The notes under the pieces were generated by a model. It was not told the DNA's origin. It saw only the letters and a program-made list of their open reading frames with translations, and ran no database searches. From NCBI GenBank assembly GCA_963822975.1, contig CAWGJV010000027.1, forward strand, positions 8,885 to 72,884: 64,000 nucleotides of DNA, given 5' to 3'. This stretch comes from an uncultured Alphaproteobacteria bacterium (GTDB lineage: Bacteria > Pseudomonadota > Alphaproteobacteria > Rhizobiales > Kaistiaceae). Positions 11,670 to 20,993 of this stretch are shown in pieces. The position numbers and the translations under genes are program-made. Positions within the stretch are counted from its first letter, which is position 1. Each line of letters opens with the position of its first letter.

Positions 11670-13783
11670 TCAGGCCCAGCTGATATGCACCGCTTCGACA
11701 AGGTCGAAGGACGGGCACTTCGATTTCGACGCGGCTGTCCGCTCACCGTGGCGTCCGCCGGCGTGCCGGCGACCAGCAGCCGCGCCGAGCCGAACGTGCG
11801 GCCTTCGGGAATCGCCACCGAGGCGACGAATGTGCCGGCCGGATAGATCTCGCGGATGGGGCCCTTCATCATCATGGGATTGGTGAGGTTGACCATGCGT
11901 CACCGCCAGCGCATCGCTGCCTGCGCGGAGCGCGACGTCCAGCACGCCGCGCCCGGCCACCTCGACCTTCGGCCGGTCGCCAGCGCCCAGCGCACCGCGT
12001 TGCCGATCAGCCGGCCGTGGTCGGCGGCGAGAACCTCCCAGAACATCTCGCCGATGTTCCACGGGATGTAGACGGTGCGTCCGCCGCTCGCGTGTTCGCG
12101 GGCGACCACCGCGGCGCCGCGCGGCTCCTCGCGCGGATAGACCTCTTCCATCGGCAGGTCGGGAAAGTCGGGCACGTAGAGGAACGGCACCGCCGCGTCG
12201 TCGTCGGCTTCGATCGCGATCAGATGCGTGCCGCCGATGATGCGCTCGGCGCCATCGTAGCCCGCCGAGATCGGGATGGCTGCCATTGAGCGCGACATAG
12301 GTGTTCTTGACCGGTCCGCGTGCCGGTGCCGTCATCTTGACGCCGAGCACGTCGCCGAGGCCGATGGCGCCGCGCGGCCGTCCCGTCTCGTCGCGGGTCG
12401 ACGATCTCGTAGGCGACGACGAGGCTGCCGCCGCGTTCCACATAGGCGGTCAGTGCCGCGCATTGTTCGTCGGACAGGCAGCTGGCGTTGGCGAGGATGA
12501 CAACCCTGAACCGGTCAAGCGATCTCCGGCGTCAGCACCTGGTCCGAGATCAACTCGAAGGGCAGCCGCGCCTCGATCAGTGCATGGTAGAAGCCGAGAT
12601 CGTCGACCTCCGCCCCGGCGCGCTCCTCGGGCGAATAGTGCCGGAGCGTCGTCGCCGGATCGAGCAGGGCGATCTCCGCCGTCGGCGTCATGTCGGCGAG
12701 AACCGGCTCCAGGTCGGCATGGAGGTTGAAGGTTTCCACGACCGGCGCCAGCCAGCGCTTGTCGGGCACGACGCCGTTGAACTTGGTGAACCACGGCACC
12801 ATGCCGTGGGCGAAGCCGTCGCTCATCCAGGCCTGGATCTCGGCGCCGGTGGTGACCGAATCCTTCCAGCGGTACGCCTCCTCCGGGCCGATCGAGGTGA
12901 TCAGCACGACCGGGCGTTCGGGGAAGGTGGCGCGCATGCGCTTGCCGTTGCGGCCAGACATCCAGATCGGCTCGGTTCCGCGCCGCCCCTGGTCGTCGAC
13001 CACCAGAAACGGGCAATGCTTGCGGATGACGGAGAGGTCGAACTCCATCAGCGAGGCGCCGCCCATGTTGGGGATGAAGCTGGCGTGCGGCCGGATGGCC
13101 TTCACCACGTCGTCCCAGTCGGTGATGACCCTGGTCAGCACCATGCGGCGCCACGCCGTCCATGCCTGCCAGACCGGGTCCTGAGCACTGGTCGTCGTCG
13201 GCAGGTCATGGCCGGAAGCGGCCTTGAACCGCGTCCGGCAGCTGGCGCAGTAGCACACGCCGTGCCCCTGCCAGCGGTTGGCGAAGACCGCGTCGATGTC
13301 GTATTCGCGGGTGATCTCGGCCACCACCTCGGGCATGAATTTGGCGTTGTAGTCGCCGTAGGCGCAGGTCACCCATACATCGGGATAGGCCCAGTGCCGG
13401 CGCGGCCTGTTTTCGGCGTCGAGCGCGATCCATTCCGGATGGGCGTCCGCCGCGTCCTGGTGGATGGCGTGCGGGTCGACCCGCGCCATGACGTGCATGC
13501 CGAGCTTGCGCGCGGCGCTGACCAGCGTCCCGAAGGGATCGCTGTCGCCGAGATACTTGCTGACGTAGTGCAGCGGCACCTTGCTCGGATAGTAGGCGAT
13601 GTAGCCGCCGGCGCTGAGGCAGGTGGCATTCGAGCGGGTGCGCTCGAACAGGTCGACCCAGAAGGCCGGATCGAACCGCACCGGATCGTCCTCGGCCAGC
13701 GTCAGCTGGGTCCAGCGCGTGGCGGATCGGTACCAGTCTGCCGTCCGCAGATCGGCGGCGGGCCGGGCATTGGAGTCGAGCAT
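11670..13783 (-). pseudogene. Putative glycoside hydrolase (GHL6-like TIM-barrel plus GH42-type trimerisation/GATase1-like domain), 3' third frame-disrupted
   Basis: ATG 13783 is preceded by AGGAGG. The first ~420 codons are contiguous (..DPAFWVDLFERTRSNATCLSAGGYIAYYPSKV..). The C-terminal part (VVILANASCLSDEQCAALTAYVERGGSLVVAYE.., ..GGRTVYIPWNIGEMFWEVLAADHGRLIGNAVRWAL) is split over three frames, with at least 5 switches between 11680 and 12515. The family assignment is from memory and was not searched. Confidence 0.55.
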
Positions 13784-13858
13784 CGAGGCCTCCTGAACTC
13801 GGCGGGCGCAACGCTCGCGCCGGCCAAGCAGGGCCGGCACGAGCCAGTTGTCGGGCGG

Positions 13859-15804
13859 TTAGGCCGTCTTGAAGAACTGCTCCGGCCGCGTCGGCGCCGG
13901 CGTCGGCCAGCCGAACGAGTTCGGCATGACCTTGGTCACGTTGACCATGTCGTTCTTGACCACGCCGTAGCCATCCGGCGGCAGCGAGACGCCGAAGACC
14001 AGGAACTGGTCGGCGGCGTCGTTCAGGATGTCCAGGAAATCTTCTTCTGGTCATCCGCGTTGGCCGTGGCGAGGAGCTTCTTGTACTTCTCCTGCGTCGC
14101 CTTGACCGCCGCCGGCGGCTCGACCGCATGCGGGTTCTTGGGATCGTTGAAGTAGAGCGACCAGCCCGGCGCGTAGATCGAGTTGCAGCTGAACGGCACG
14201 AAGTAGCGCGGCATCGAGCATGGCCGCGATGCCGCCATTGGCGCCGAACTGGTGGCAGGTGGCGTCGAACTCGCGGCCGTTGCGCACGCGGGTCTCCCAC
14301 AGAGAGCGATCCATGGTGCGCATCTGGGTGTCGATGCCGATGTCCTGGAACATCGGCACGACGAGCTGCATCATGTCGATGAAGGTCGAGCGCGCCTGAT
14401 CGATCTCGAAGATGATCGATATGCGCTTGCCGTCGGCGTCCAGCCGGTAGCCGTCGCTGTCCTTGTTCGGAAGGATGCCGTCGAGGATCTTGTTGGCGCC
14501 GTCCGGATCGAACTCGGTATGCTGCTTGGCCAGCCGTTCGACGTAGAGCGGATCGCCCTCGCGAATGGATGGCTGGGCCGGGGAGCCCTGGCCAACGAAC
14601 ACGGCCTCGATCAGCGCCTGCCGATCCACCGCGATCGACATCGCCTGCCGGAAGTCGCGGTTGTTGAACAGCTTGTTCTTGACCGGATCGGTGTGGTTCA
14701 GGTTGAGCTGGAACACCATCACGTTCGCCGCGGTTTCGTGCAGCGTGTAGAAGCCGAAATTGCCCTTCTTCTGGCCGTCGAACAGCACCGGCTTGTTGGC
14801 CGGCGTGCAGATGTACTGGTCCATCATGTCGATCTCGCCCTGCAGGGTCTTGAGCAGCAGGACCTGCGGATCGGCGACCATCTGATAGACGACGCGGTCG
14901 AAATAGGGGAGCTGGGTGCCTTCGGTGTCGACCTTGAAGTAGTAGGGATTGCGGACGGCGATCGACTGCTCGGTGTTCTGCCCGGGGCGCTGGCGCCTTT
15001 GAGGTCGAAGGTCCACGGCATCAGCGACGGGCGGTCGGGGTTCTGAAGAAGATGTTGCTGTCGTCGAGAGCCGATCTTCGTTCTGGAAGATGGCGATCCA
15101 GCTTTCTGCGCCGCGCTTCCTTGGCGAGCTTGTCGGCGTCAGGGTTGTACTTGATGTGGAACTGCTCGAGATAGTGCTTCGGGCACAGGACGAGCTGGTC
15201 CTGCTGGGCCCATGCGAGCTGCTGGACGAAGAAGCCGTTGGGCGCGGCGAACTTCACCTTGAAGGTCTGTTCGTCGACGACCTCGAGCTGGGCCGGCTTG
15301 CCCCCGGTGTACCACCAGGTATTGCCGCCGAGATTGGTGTCCTTGTCCGTGAAATAGGCGTCGTACCAGAACTTGACGTCGGCCGTGGTGAAGGGGTGCG
15401 CCGTCCGACCACTTGTGTCCCTTGCGCAGGCGGAATGTGTATTCGGTTGCCTCGGGGTTGGCCTCCCAGTGCTCGGCGACGTTGTTCGTCAGCCCGGTCC
15501 AGTCGGGATTGAAGCGCACCAGCGGCTCGTAGGCCTGGTAGCGCACCATCATGACCAGGCCGCCGCCGCCCACGACCGCATGGTTCCAGTCGCCGCCCTC
15601 GCTGCCGGGACGTTCGGTGGGTGTGTAGACGAGCGGATTTTCCGGCAGCCGCTGGGCGATCGGCGGCAGGGCGCCGCTCTTCACCTGGTCCATCAGGCTG
15701 GCCGATTCCTTGGGCTCCGCGGCGCGTCCGAGCGCCGGCATCATCATCGTTCCTGCCAGAGCCGACGTGGTCACCAGGAAGCGTCTGCGGCTGATCGTGT
15801 TCAT
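13859..15804 (-). pseudogene. ABC transporter substrate-binding protein, family 5 (peptide/oligosaccharide type), Tat signal, frame-disrupted
   Basis: Starts MNTISRRRFLVTTSALAGTMMMPALGRAAEP, a twin-arginine signal. The segments EATEYTFRLRKGHKWSDGAP, NPYYFKVDTEGTQLPYFDRVVYQMVADPQVLLLKTLQGEIDMM and the C-terminus ..PTRPEQFFKTA* lie in different frames. There are at least 5 switches between about 15395 and about 14040. Confidence 0.8.
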
Positions 15805-15891
15805 TTCGGTTTCCTCCCCAAGAAACGGGCCTTTTGGCCCCTATTAGTCATCTTGAAGGCTTGCATGCCTCGACTTGTTAGGTAAAGAGTT

Positions 15892-17010
15892 ATGTCGAGC
15901 GGCGTTGGAGCCACGGGTGCGTGCGGGCGTGCTCGTCACAGACTCAGCCGATGGCACAGCATCGATCCAGGGGGGGCAGCATTGGGGCGGGTAACGCTGG
16001 CGACGATCGCCAAACAAACCGGCCTGTCCAAGTTCGCGGTATCGCGATCGTTGTCGGGCAAGGACGGCGTCAGCGAAGCGACGCGCGAGAGGGTGCGTGC
16101 GGTGGCTGCGGAACTTGGATATTCGCCGCCAAAGCCGAAAGTTGTTCCGCGAATCCTCGGGCTGGTGTTCCACGACACCGACCTGGTCAACAGCGAACTT
16201 TACATGATGGTCCAGAATGGCGTTCAGCGCGAAGCGCAGCGTCTGGGCTATCAGGTGTCGACACGCTGGACGCATCGTCCTGAGGAGATCAAATCCTTTG
16301 CCGGCGACTGTGTCGGCCTCGTCATGGCCGGTCCTCACGGCAAGCAAAGCGTCGGGCGTGTCCGCGCGACCGGGACGCCGGTCGTCCGCATCGGATGGCT
16401 CGACCCGCTCGAGGCGAGTGATCAGGTATCCGGGACGGATCACGAAGCTGGCGCCGCCGTGGCGACCTACCTTCTCGATCTCGGCCATCGTGTCATCGCG
16501 TATGTGCACGGCGCCCCGGTCTATCGCGGGCGCATGGAACGCTACTACGGAGCGCGCGAAGTGCTGGAAGCGCACGACGGCACCGAGCTTTGCGATCTGC
16601 GCTTCGAGGCCGAAAGCCGGTTCAGCGAAAAGCTGAAGGAGTTGCACGCGCAAGGCATCAGGCCCACCGCCTTCTTCTGCGCCCATGACGGGCTCGCCGT
16701 CACGGTGGTCTCCGACCTGCTGCGCCTTGGCTATCGCATCCCGGAAGACATTTCGGTGGTTGGCTTCGGCGATTTCTCGAGCGCCTTGCAGATCTCTCCG
16801 CCACTGACGACGGTGCGCCTGCGGGGTGCGGAGATGGGCGCCACATGCGTCCGGCAACTCGACGACCGGATACGCGGGAGGAGCGATCCTGACGTTCCGC
16901 TCCGCCTGCTGGTTGCCTCGACGCTCGTTGTGCGGAAGTCCAGCGGTCCGGCGCCGGACCTGCGGGCCTCAGACCGGAAGCACGAACGCGAAGCCGCTGG
17001 TATCGGCTGA
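15892..17010 (+). CDS. LacI-family transcriptional regulator
   Basis: The HTH reads VTLATIAKQTGLSKFAVSRSLSGKDGVSEATRERVRAVAAELGYSP and is followed by a sugar-binding fold (..FFCAHDGLAVTVVSDLLRLGYRIPEDISVVGFGD..). The gene is divergent from the ABC operon. The ORF opens at ATG 15892, but the true start is probably TTG 15982, or ATG 15951 if the G7 run 15970-15976 is miscounted by one. Confidence 0.85.
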   Translation: MSSGVGATGACGRARHRLSRWHSIDPGGAALGRVTLATIAKQTGLSKFAVSRSLSGKDGVSEATRERVRAVAAELGYSPPKPKVVPRILGLVFHDTDLVNSELYMMVQNGVQREAQRLGYQVSTRWTHRPEEIKSFAGDCVGLVMAGPHGKQSVGRVRATGTPVVRIGWLDPLEASDQVSGTDHEAGAAVATYLLDLGHRVIAYVHGAPVYRGRMERYYGAREVLEAHDGTELCDLRFEAESRFSEKLKELHAQGIRPTAFFCAHDGLAVTVVSDLLRLGYRIPEDISVVGFGDFSSALQISPPLTTVRLRGAEMGATCVRQLDDRIRGRSDPDVPLRLLVASTLVVRKSSGPAPDLRASDRKHEREAAGIG

Positions 17011-17031
17011 AGAGGCCGCACGATCGCGGAT

Positions 17032-17635
17032 TCAATCCGGCTGTATTGCGATCAGGTCGATCAGCGCCGACATGCCGGTATGGGCGGCACCTTCCTCAAT
17101 CACGGCGTCATAGGACCGCAGCGCTTCAATGCGCATGCCAGCGAATGCATCGCGCAGCATTGTCTCGGTGTAGAGATGCGAGGCGTCCCTTGGGCCGCCG
17201 GTGCCATACTCAAGCTGTTCGACCCGGTAGCCCTCCAGCAACAGCAATCCACCGGGCTTCAATGCCTCTCTCAATTGGCGGAAGAAAGTCGGACGTTCGC
17301 TCTCCCTGACGAACTGAATGAAGATCGCGACGACCGCGTCGTATGCGGCCACCGGCCAACGCCATGCGATCAGGTCGGCCTGCTCGAAAGTCAGCGTTAC
17401 GCTCCGCAACTGCGCAAGACGCTTCGCCTTTTCGATGGCAACCGCAGATCCATCGACAGAGTGAACCACGGCTCCGCGCTCGGCGAGGAACACGCCGTTT
17501 CGGCCCTCGCCGTCGGCGACAGCGAGCACGCGTGCGCCCGCGCGCAATGCGGTGTGCTTCAGCCGCGAGGAACGCATTGGGCCGATCCCCGAAAAGGAAG
17601 CCATCCGCCGACGCATAGCGATCGTCCCAATTCAT
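17032..17635 (-). pseudogene. Class I SAM-dependent methyltransferase, 1 frame disruption
   Basis: The N-terminus MNWDDRYASADGFLFGDRPNAFLAAEAH (frame of ORF 17210-17647) joins ..ARVLAVADGEGRNGVFLAERGAVVHSVDGS.. (SAM-binding motif I) and ..LKPGGLLLLEGY in ORF 17032-17616. The switch is near 17560. Confidence 0.65.
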
Positions 17636-17747
17636 GACTCTCTCCACGTGCGCGAGTGGCGATCACAGGCCGAGGGCCGAGGTCGCCAAGATGAAGAGGA
17701 TTTGCCCCACTTCACTGCGGCGACGTTGGTGCGCCGCGCCTGTCCGC

Positions 17748-20700
17748 TCACTTGTCCGGCGTGCCGCCGGCGATCAGCGCGGAGAATGCCGCGCGTACGG
17801 CCGGATCGCCGGGTGCGATCTCCATCGCCTTGCTGATGCAGAGCGTCGCCTCCGCCGGGTGGCCGGCGTCGTTGAGCTGGGCGGCGATGCGCAAGAGCCT
17901 CGGCGCCGAACGTGGCAGCATCATGCGCAGCAACTCAGCGACCGCTGCCGCGGCTTCCCCTGGCCGGCCAGTGGCGAGCAGGATTTCCGCCAAATATTCG
18001 CGCATTTCCCCCGCGTAGCCATGGAAGAATTTCTGCCGTGCCTCGAGACCGATGGCGGCGCGGATCGCGGCCTCCAACTCGTCCAGCCTGCCCGCCAGCC
18101 TGCACAGATGTGCGAAGTGGCGCATTGTGTTGGCGTCGTCGGCGAGCAGGTCGCGGGCGCGGACGTGCAATGCGGCAACTCTCTCCGGCCGATCGAGGCG
18201 AACGCAGGTCTCGGCGAGATCGATCATGCGCCAGAGCGGCCAGGGATCGAGATCGACGGCGGCCTCCAGCATGGCGAGCCCGGCATCGACGTTGCCATTG
18301 TCGATCAGCGCACGGGCGAGATTGGTGTGGACCCAGAGCGGCTGGGGCGCCAGCGCCAGCGCCTTGCGGTACTCGGCGATCTCGCGCTTGAGATCGCCGC
18401 GCTTTCCCGCCGCCCGCGCTTCCAACGTATGGCGGGACGGACCGGCGGCGCGACGGATGTTCTCCCGCCCTTTGCCCGGCTTCCCGGTCGGGCGCGTGGC
18501 GTCGACGGAAAGACGGTGGCGGGTGCGGGCAAGGACGAGGCTGAGGAGCGGCCCCCAGGTCATGCCGTCGGTCGTGACGACGCTTTCGTGATCGCCCGGA
18601 ATATCGAACACATCGACGCCGTCGCGCGCGAGATCGCCCCAGCCAGCGTAGGGATCCGACAAATAGGCGTCGGCCGGCTCGGTGGCGCGGAACAGGGTGA
18701 TGCGGCCGGCATAGGGCTTCGGCACGTAGCAGCGGAAGGCCCAATTGTTGCGCTCGCGGCGCGTGAGGGTGGCCGGCGGCGCGTTCTCCACATTGAACTG
18801 ACGTCTGTTGAGATCGGCGGAGTCGTCGACAATGCCCAGGAAGGCGACGACATCACCACCGGCGAAGAGCTGTTGCGCGATCTCGAATGCGTGGTGGCCG
18901 GTGGCGGAATAGCCGAGCAAGTAATAGGGACCTTCCGGCTGGGCCGATTTGATCAACGCGGCCATGGTCGCCGCGCTCTCCTCAAACGGCTCAGGCTGCA
19001 CCAATGCGTCCGGCGTCCCGGGTTGATGGAACGTGTAGATCGGCTGCTCCGGGCCGAGCCCGTTCTGAAGCGCGCCGATGATGCCAACCTGGCCATCCTC
19101 CCCATAAGGAACGAACAAGGGCGGGAAGCGGCCGCCGGGCCTGATTGGAGCAAGCTGTATGCCGCCGGTTTCCCGCGCCGGTGCCTTGGCGAGGCCTGCA
19201 AGAGCCGCGATGCTGTTGGCGGAAAAGAATGCGGCTACCGGAACGCTGACGCCCAGCGTTTCCTCGATCCGCAGCAGGAGTTCCATGGCGCCAAAGGAGT
19301 CGCCGCCGAGATCGAAGAAGCCCTCGTCACGGCCGATGTCCGCGCGGCCGAAATGTTCGCAGAACAGCTCCCAGACCGCGCGTTCGGTCTTGTCAAAGGG
19401 TGGAAGGGCCGTGTGAGATTGGCGTTCGGTGACGCCCGGTGGCGGTGCCGCAGCAGCAACCGCGGTGAGGCCCAGCAACTCGGCAAGGCCGGAGCGCGCG
19501 ATCTTGCCGGTGGCGCTCAGCGGCAGGCGGTCGGCGAAGACGATCCTTTCTGGCACCATGTAGGCGAAAAGCCGCGTCGCCGCGAAAGCCTGAAGTTCGG
19601 CGACGCCGACGGGAGCGCCATCCTGCTTCGGCACTACCAGGGCGGCGACGCGCTTGCCCAGGACCGGATCGGGAAAACCGAAGGCAACCGTCTCCGCCAC
19701 CGATGGATGATCGCGCAGCGCCGCTTCCACGGCCAGCGGATCGATCTTCTCGCCGCCGCGATGGATGCGGTCGTCGACGCGGCCGGTGACGAACAGATAA
19801 CCGTCCTCATCGAAATGGCCGAGGTCGCCGCTGAGGAAATAGCCTTGCGGCGTGAACCGATAGGGCGGTGCGTCGCGGCCGATCAACGGATTGATATGGC
19901 CGCCCTTGGCGGCGATCTCGCCCTCGGAACCGGGCGGCAGGGGTTCGCCGTCGTCGCCGACGACGATCACCGACCACGGCCGATTGCTGCGACCGACCGT
20001 GCCGGGGCGTGTCGCCGAGTCGCCGGGCGTGGTGCCAGTGAAGAGAGGCGCCGCCTCGCTCACGCCGTACCATTGGACAAGCGGCGCGCCGAGGGCGCGC
20101 TCCACGTCCGGCGGCAGGTCGGCATCCACCTTGTCGGAGCCGACGACCAGCAGGCGAAAGGGCGGGTCGACAAGGCGCCCGCGTTCACCGCCGACGTCCT
20201 TCAGCATGTTGCGGTAGAGGCTCGGCGCCGCCGTCATGTAGGTCGGGCGGAAGGTGGCGATCCATTCGAGGACGTGGCGCTCGTCGAAACCGGGCGTCGA
20301 AACCACCGTGCCGCCGCGAAACAGGACCGAGAAACTCGAGCGGATCAGGCCGTGCAGATGCGAATAGGGCATGATGCACAACGAGCGGTCGGCGGGCGAC
20401 AGCGCGCACCAATCGGCCTGAAGCGTCATGGAGGCGAACAGGCTGGCGTGGGATATGGCGATGATCCTTGGCGCCGAGGTCGCGCCCGAGGTGGCGACCA
20501 CGAGGCAGGGATCGTCCGGCGCCGGGGACCGGTCGCCAGCGGCGGGCGCAGCGGCCCCGTGCAGGTCGATGTCGAAATCGTCGCCCGCCCAGTCGCCTGC
20601 CAGCCCGCCGATCGGAATGGCGGCTGCGTTTCCGGCTTCCCTCAGGGCGGCGCGCACCCGGTCGGTGCATACGACCGCCTTGACGCTCACCTGGTCGAAA

Positions 20701-20993
20701 AGCCGACGGTAGCGCTCCGGCGCTTCGTGCGTGGCGACCGGAAAAGCCGCACCCACGGAAGCGACAGCGAGAATGGTGATGAGCGCCTCCGGTCCGTCCG
20801 GCAAGGCAACCAGGACCGGATCGCCGGCTCCGACACCTGCATCGCGGAGCCGCTGTGCCAAGCGTCCGATATGCTGGTGGAGCCCGTCGTAGGACAGGGT
20901 CCGGCCATCGACGCCCATGATGGCCGGGGCTGCGCCGCGCTCAGCCGCAGAGGCCGCAAGCCATTCCGGAATGAGGCTCGGTGCGGCGGTCAT
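17748..20993 (-). CDS. NRPS-like stand-alone module: adenylation - carrier (T) - thioesterase - TPR repeats
   Basis: Intact 1081-aa ORF. The A domain (aa 1-505) has VATSGATSAPRII, SGDLGHFDEDGYLFVTGRVDDRIHRGGEKI and PLSATGKIAR. The T domain has FFDLGGDSFGAMEL (Ser566). The TE domain (aa ~620-815) has LLGYSATGHH and IPGDHES. Residues ~865-1078 are helical TPR-like repeats (AEYRKALALAPQPLWVHTNLARALIDNGNVDAGLAMLEAAVDLDP..). There is no condensation domain. Confidence 0.8.
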   Translation of the reverse strand: MTAAPSLIPEWLAASAAERGAAPAIMGVDGRTLSYDGLHQHIGRLAQRLRDAGVGAGDPVLVALPDGPEALITILAVASVGAAFPVATHEAPERYRRLFDQVSVKAVVCTDRVRAALREAGNAAAIPIGGLAGDWAGDDFDIDLHGAAAPAAGDRSPAPDDPCLVVATSGATSAPRIIAISHASLFASMTLQADWCALSPADRSLCIMPYSHLHGLIRSSFSVLFRGGTVVSTPGFDERHVLEWIATFRPTYMTAAPSLYRNMLKDVGGERGRLVDPPFRLLVVGSDKVDADLPPDVERALGAPLVQWYGVSEAAPLFTGTTPGDSATRPGTVGRSNRPWSVIVVGDDGEPLPPGSEGEIAAKGGHINPLIGRDAPPYRFTPQGYFLSGDLGHFDEDGYLFVTGRVDDRIHRGGEKIDPLAVEAALRDHPSVAETVAFGFPDPVLGKRVAALVVPKQDGAPVGVAELQAFAATRLFAYMVPERIVFADRLPLSATGKIARSGLAELLGLTAVAAAAPPPGVTERQSHTALPPFDKTERAVWELFCEHFGRADIGRDEGFFDLGGDSFGAMELLLRIEETLGVSVPVAAFFSANSIAALAGLAKAPARETGGIQLAPIRPGGRFPPLFVPYGEDGQVGIIGALQNGLGPEQPIYTFHQPGTPDALVQPEPFEESAATMAALIKSAQPEGPYYLLGYSATGHHAFEIAQQLFAGGDVVAFLGIVDDSADLNRRQFNVENAPPATLTRRERNNWAFRCYVPKPYAGRITLFRATEPADAYLSDPYAGWGDLARDGVDVFDIPGDHESVVTTDGMTWGPLLSLVLARTRHRLSVDATRPTGKPGKGRENIRRAAGPSRHTLEARAAGKRGDLKREIAEYRKALALAPQPLWVHTNLARALIDNGNVDAGLAMLEAAVDLDPWPLWRMIDLAETCVRLDRPERVAALHVRARDLLADDANTMRHFAHLCRLAGRLDELEAAIRAAIGLEARQKFFHGYAGEMREYLAEILLATGRPGEAAAAVAELLRMMLPRSAPRLLRIAAQLNDAGHPAEATLCISKAMEIAPGDPAVRAAFSALIAGGTPDK

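Noticed and set aside
15857-15870. AGGCTTGCATGCCT imperfect palindrome as the LacI operator, and the small GGGCC-TTTT-GGCCC hairpin at 15827-15840
   Set aside because: Only 12 of 14 positions are symmetric, and it lacks the central CG and the TG..CA ends typical of LacI-family operators. The hairpin is only 5 bp. Neither can be supported without comparative data.
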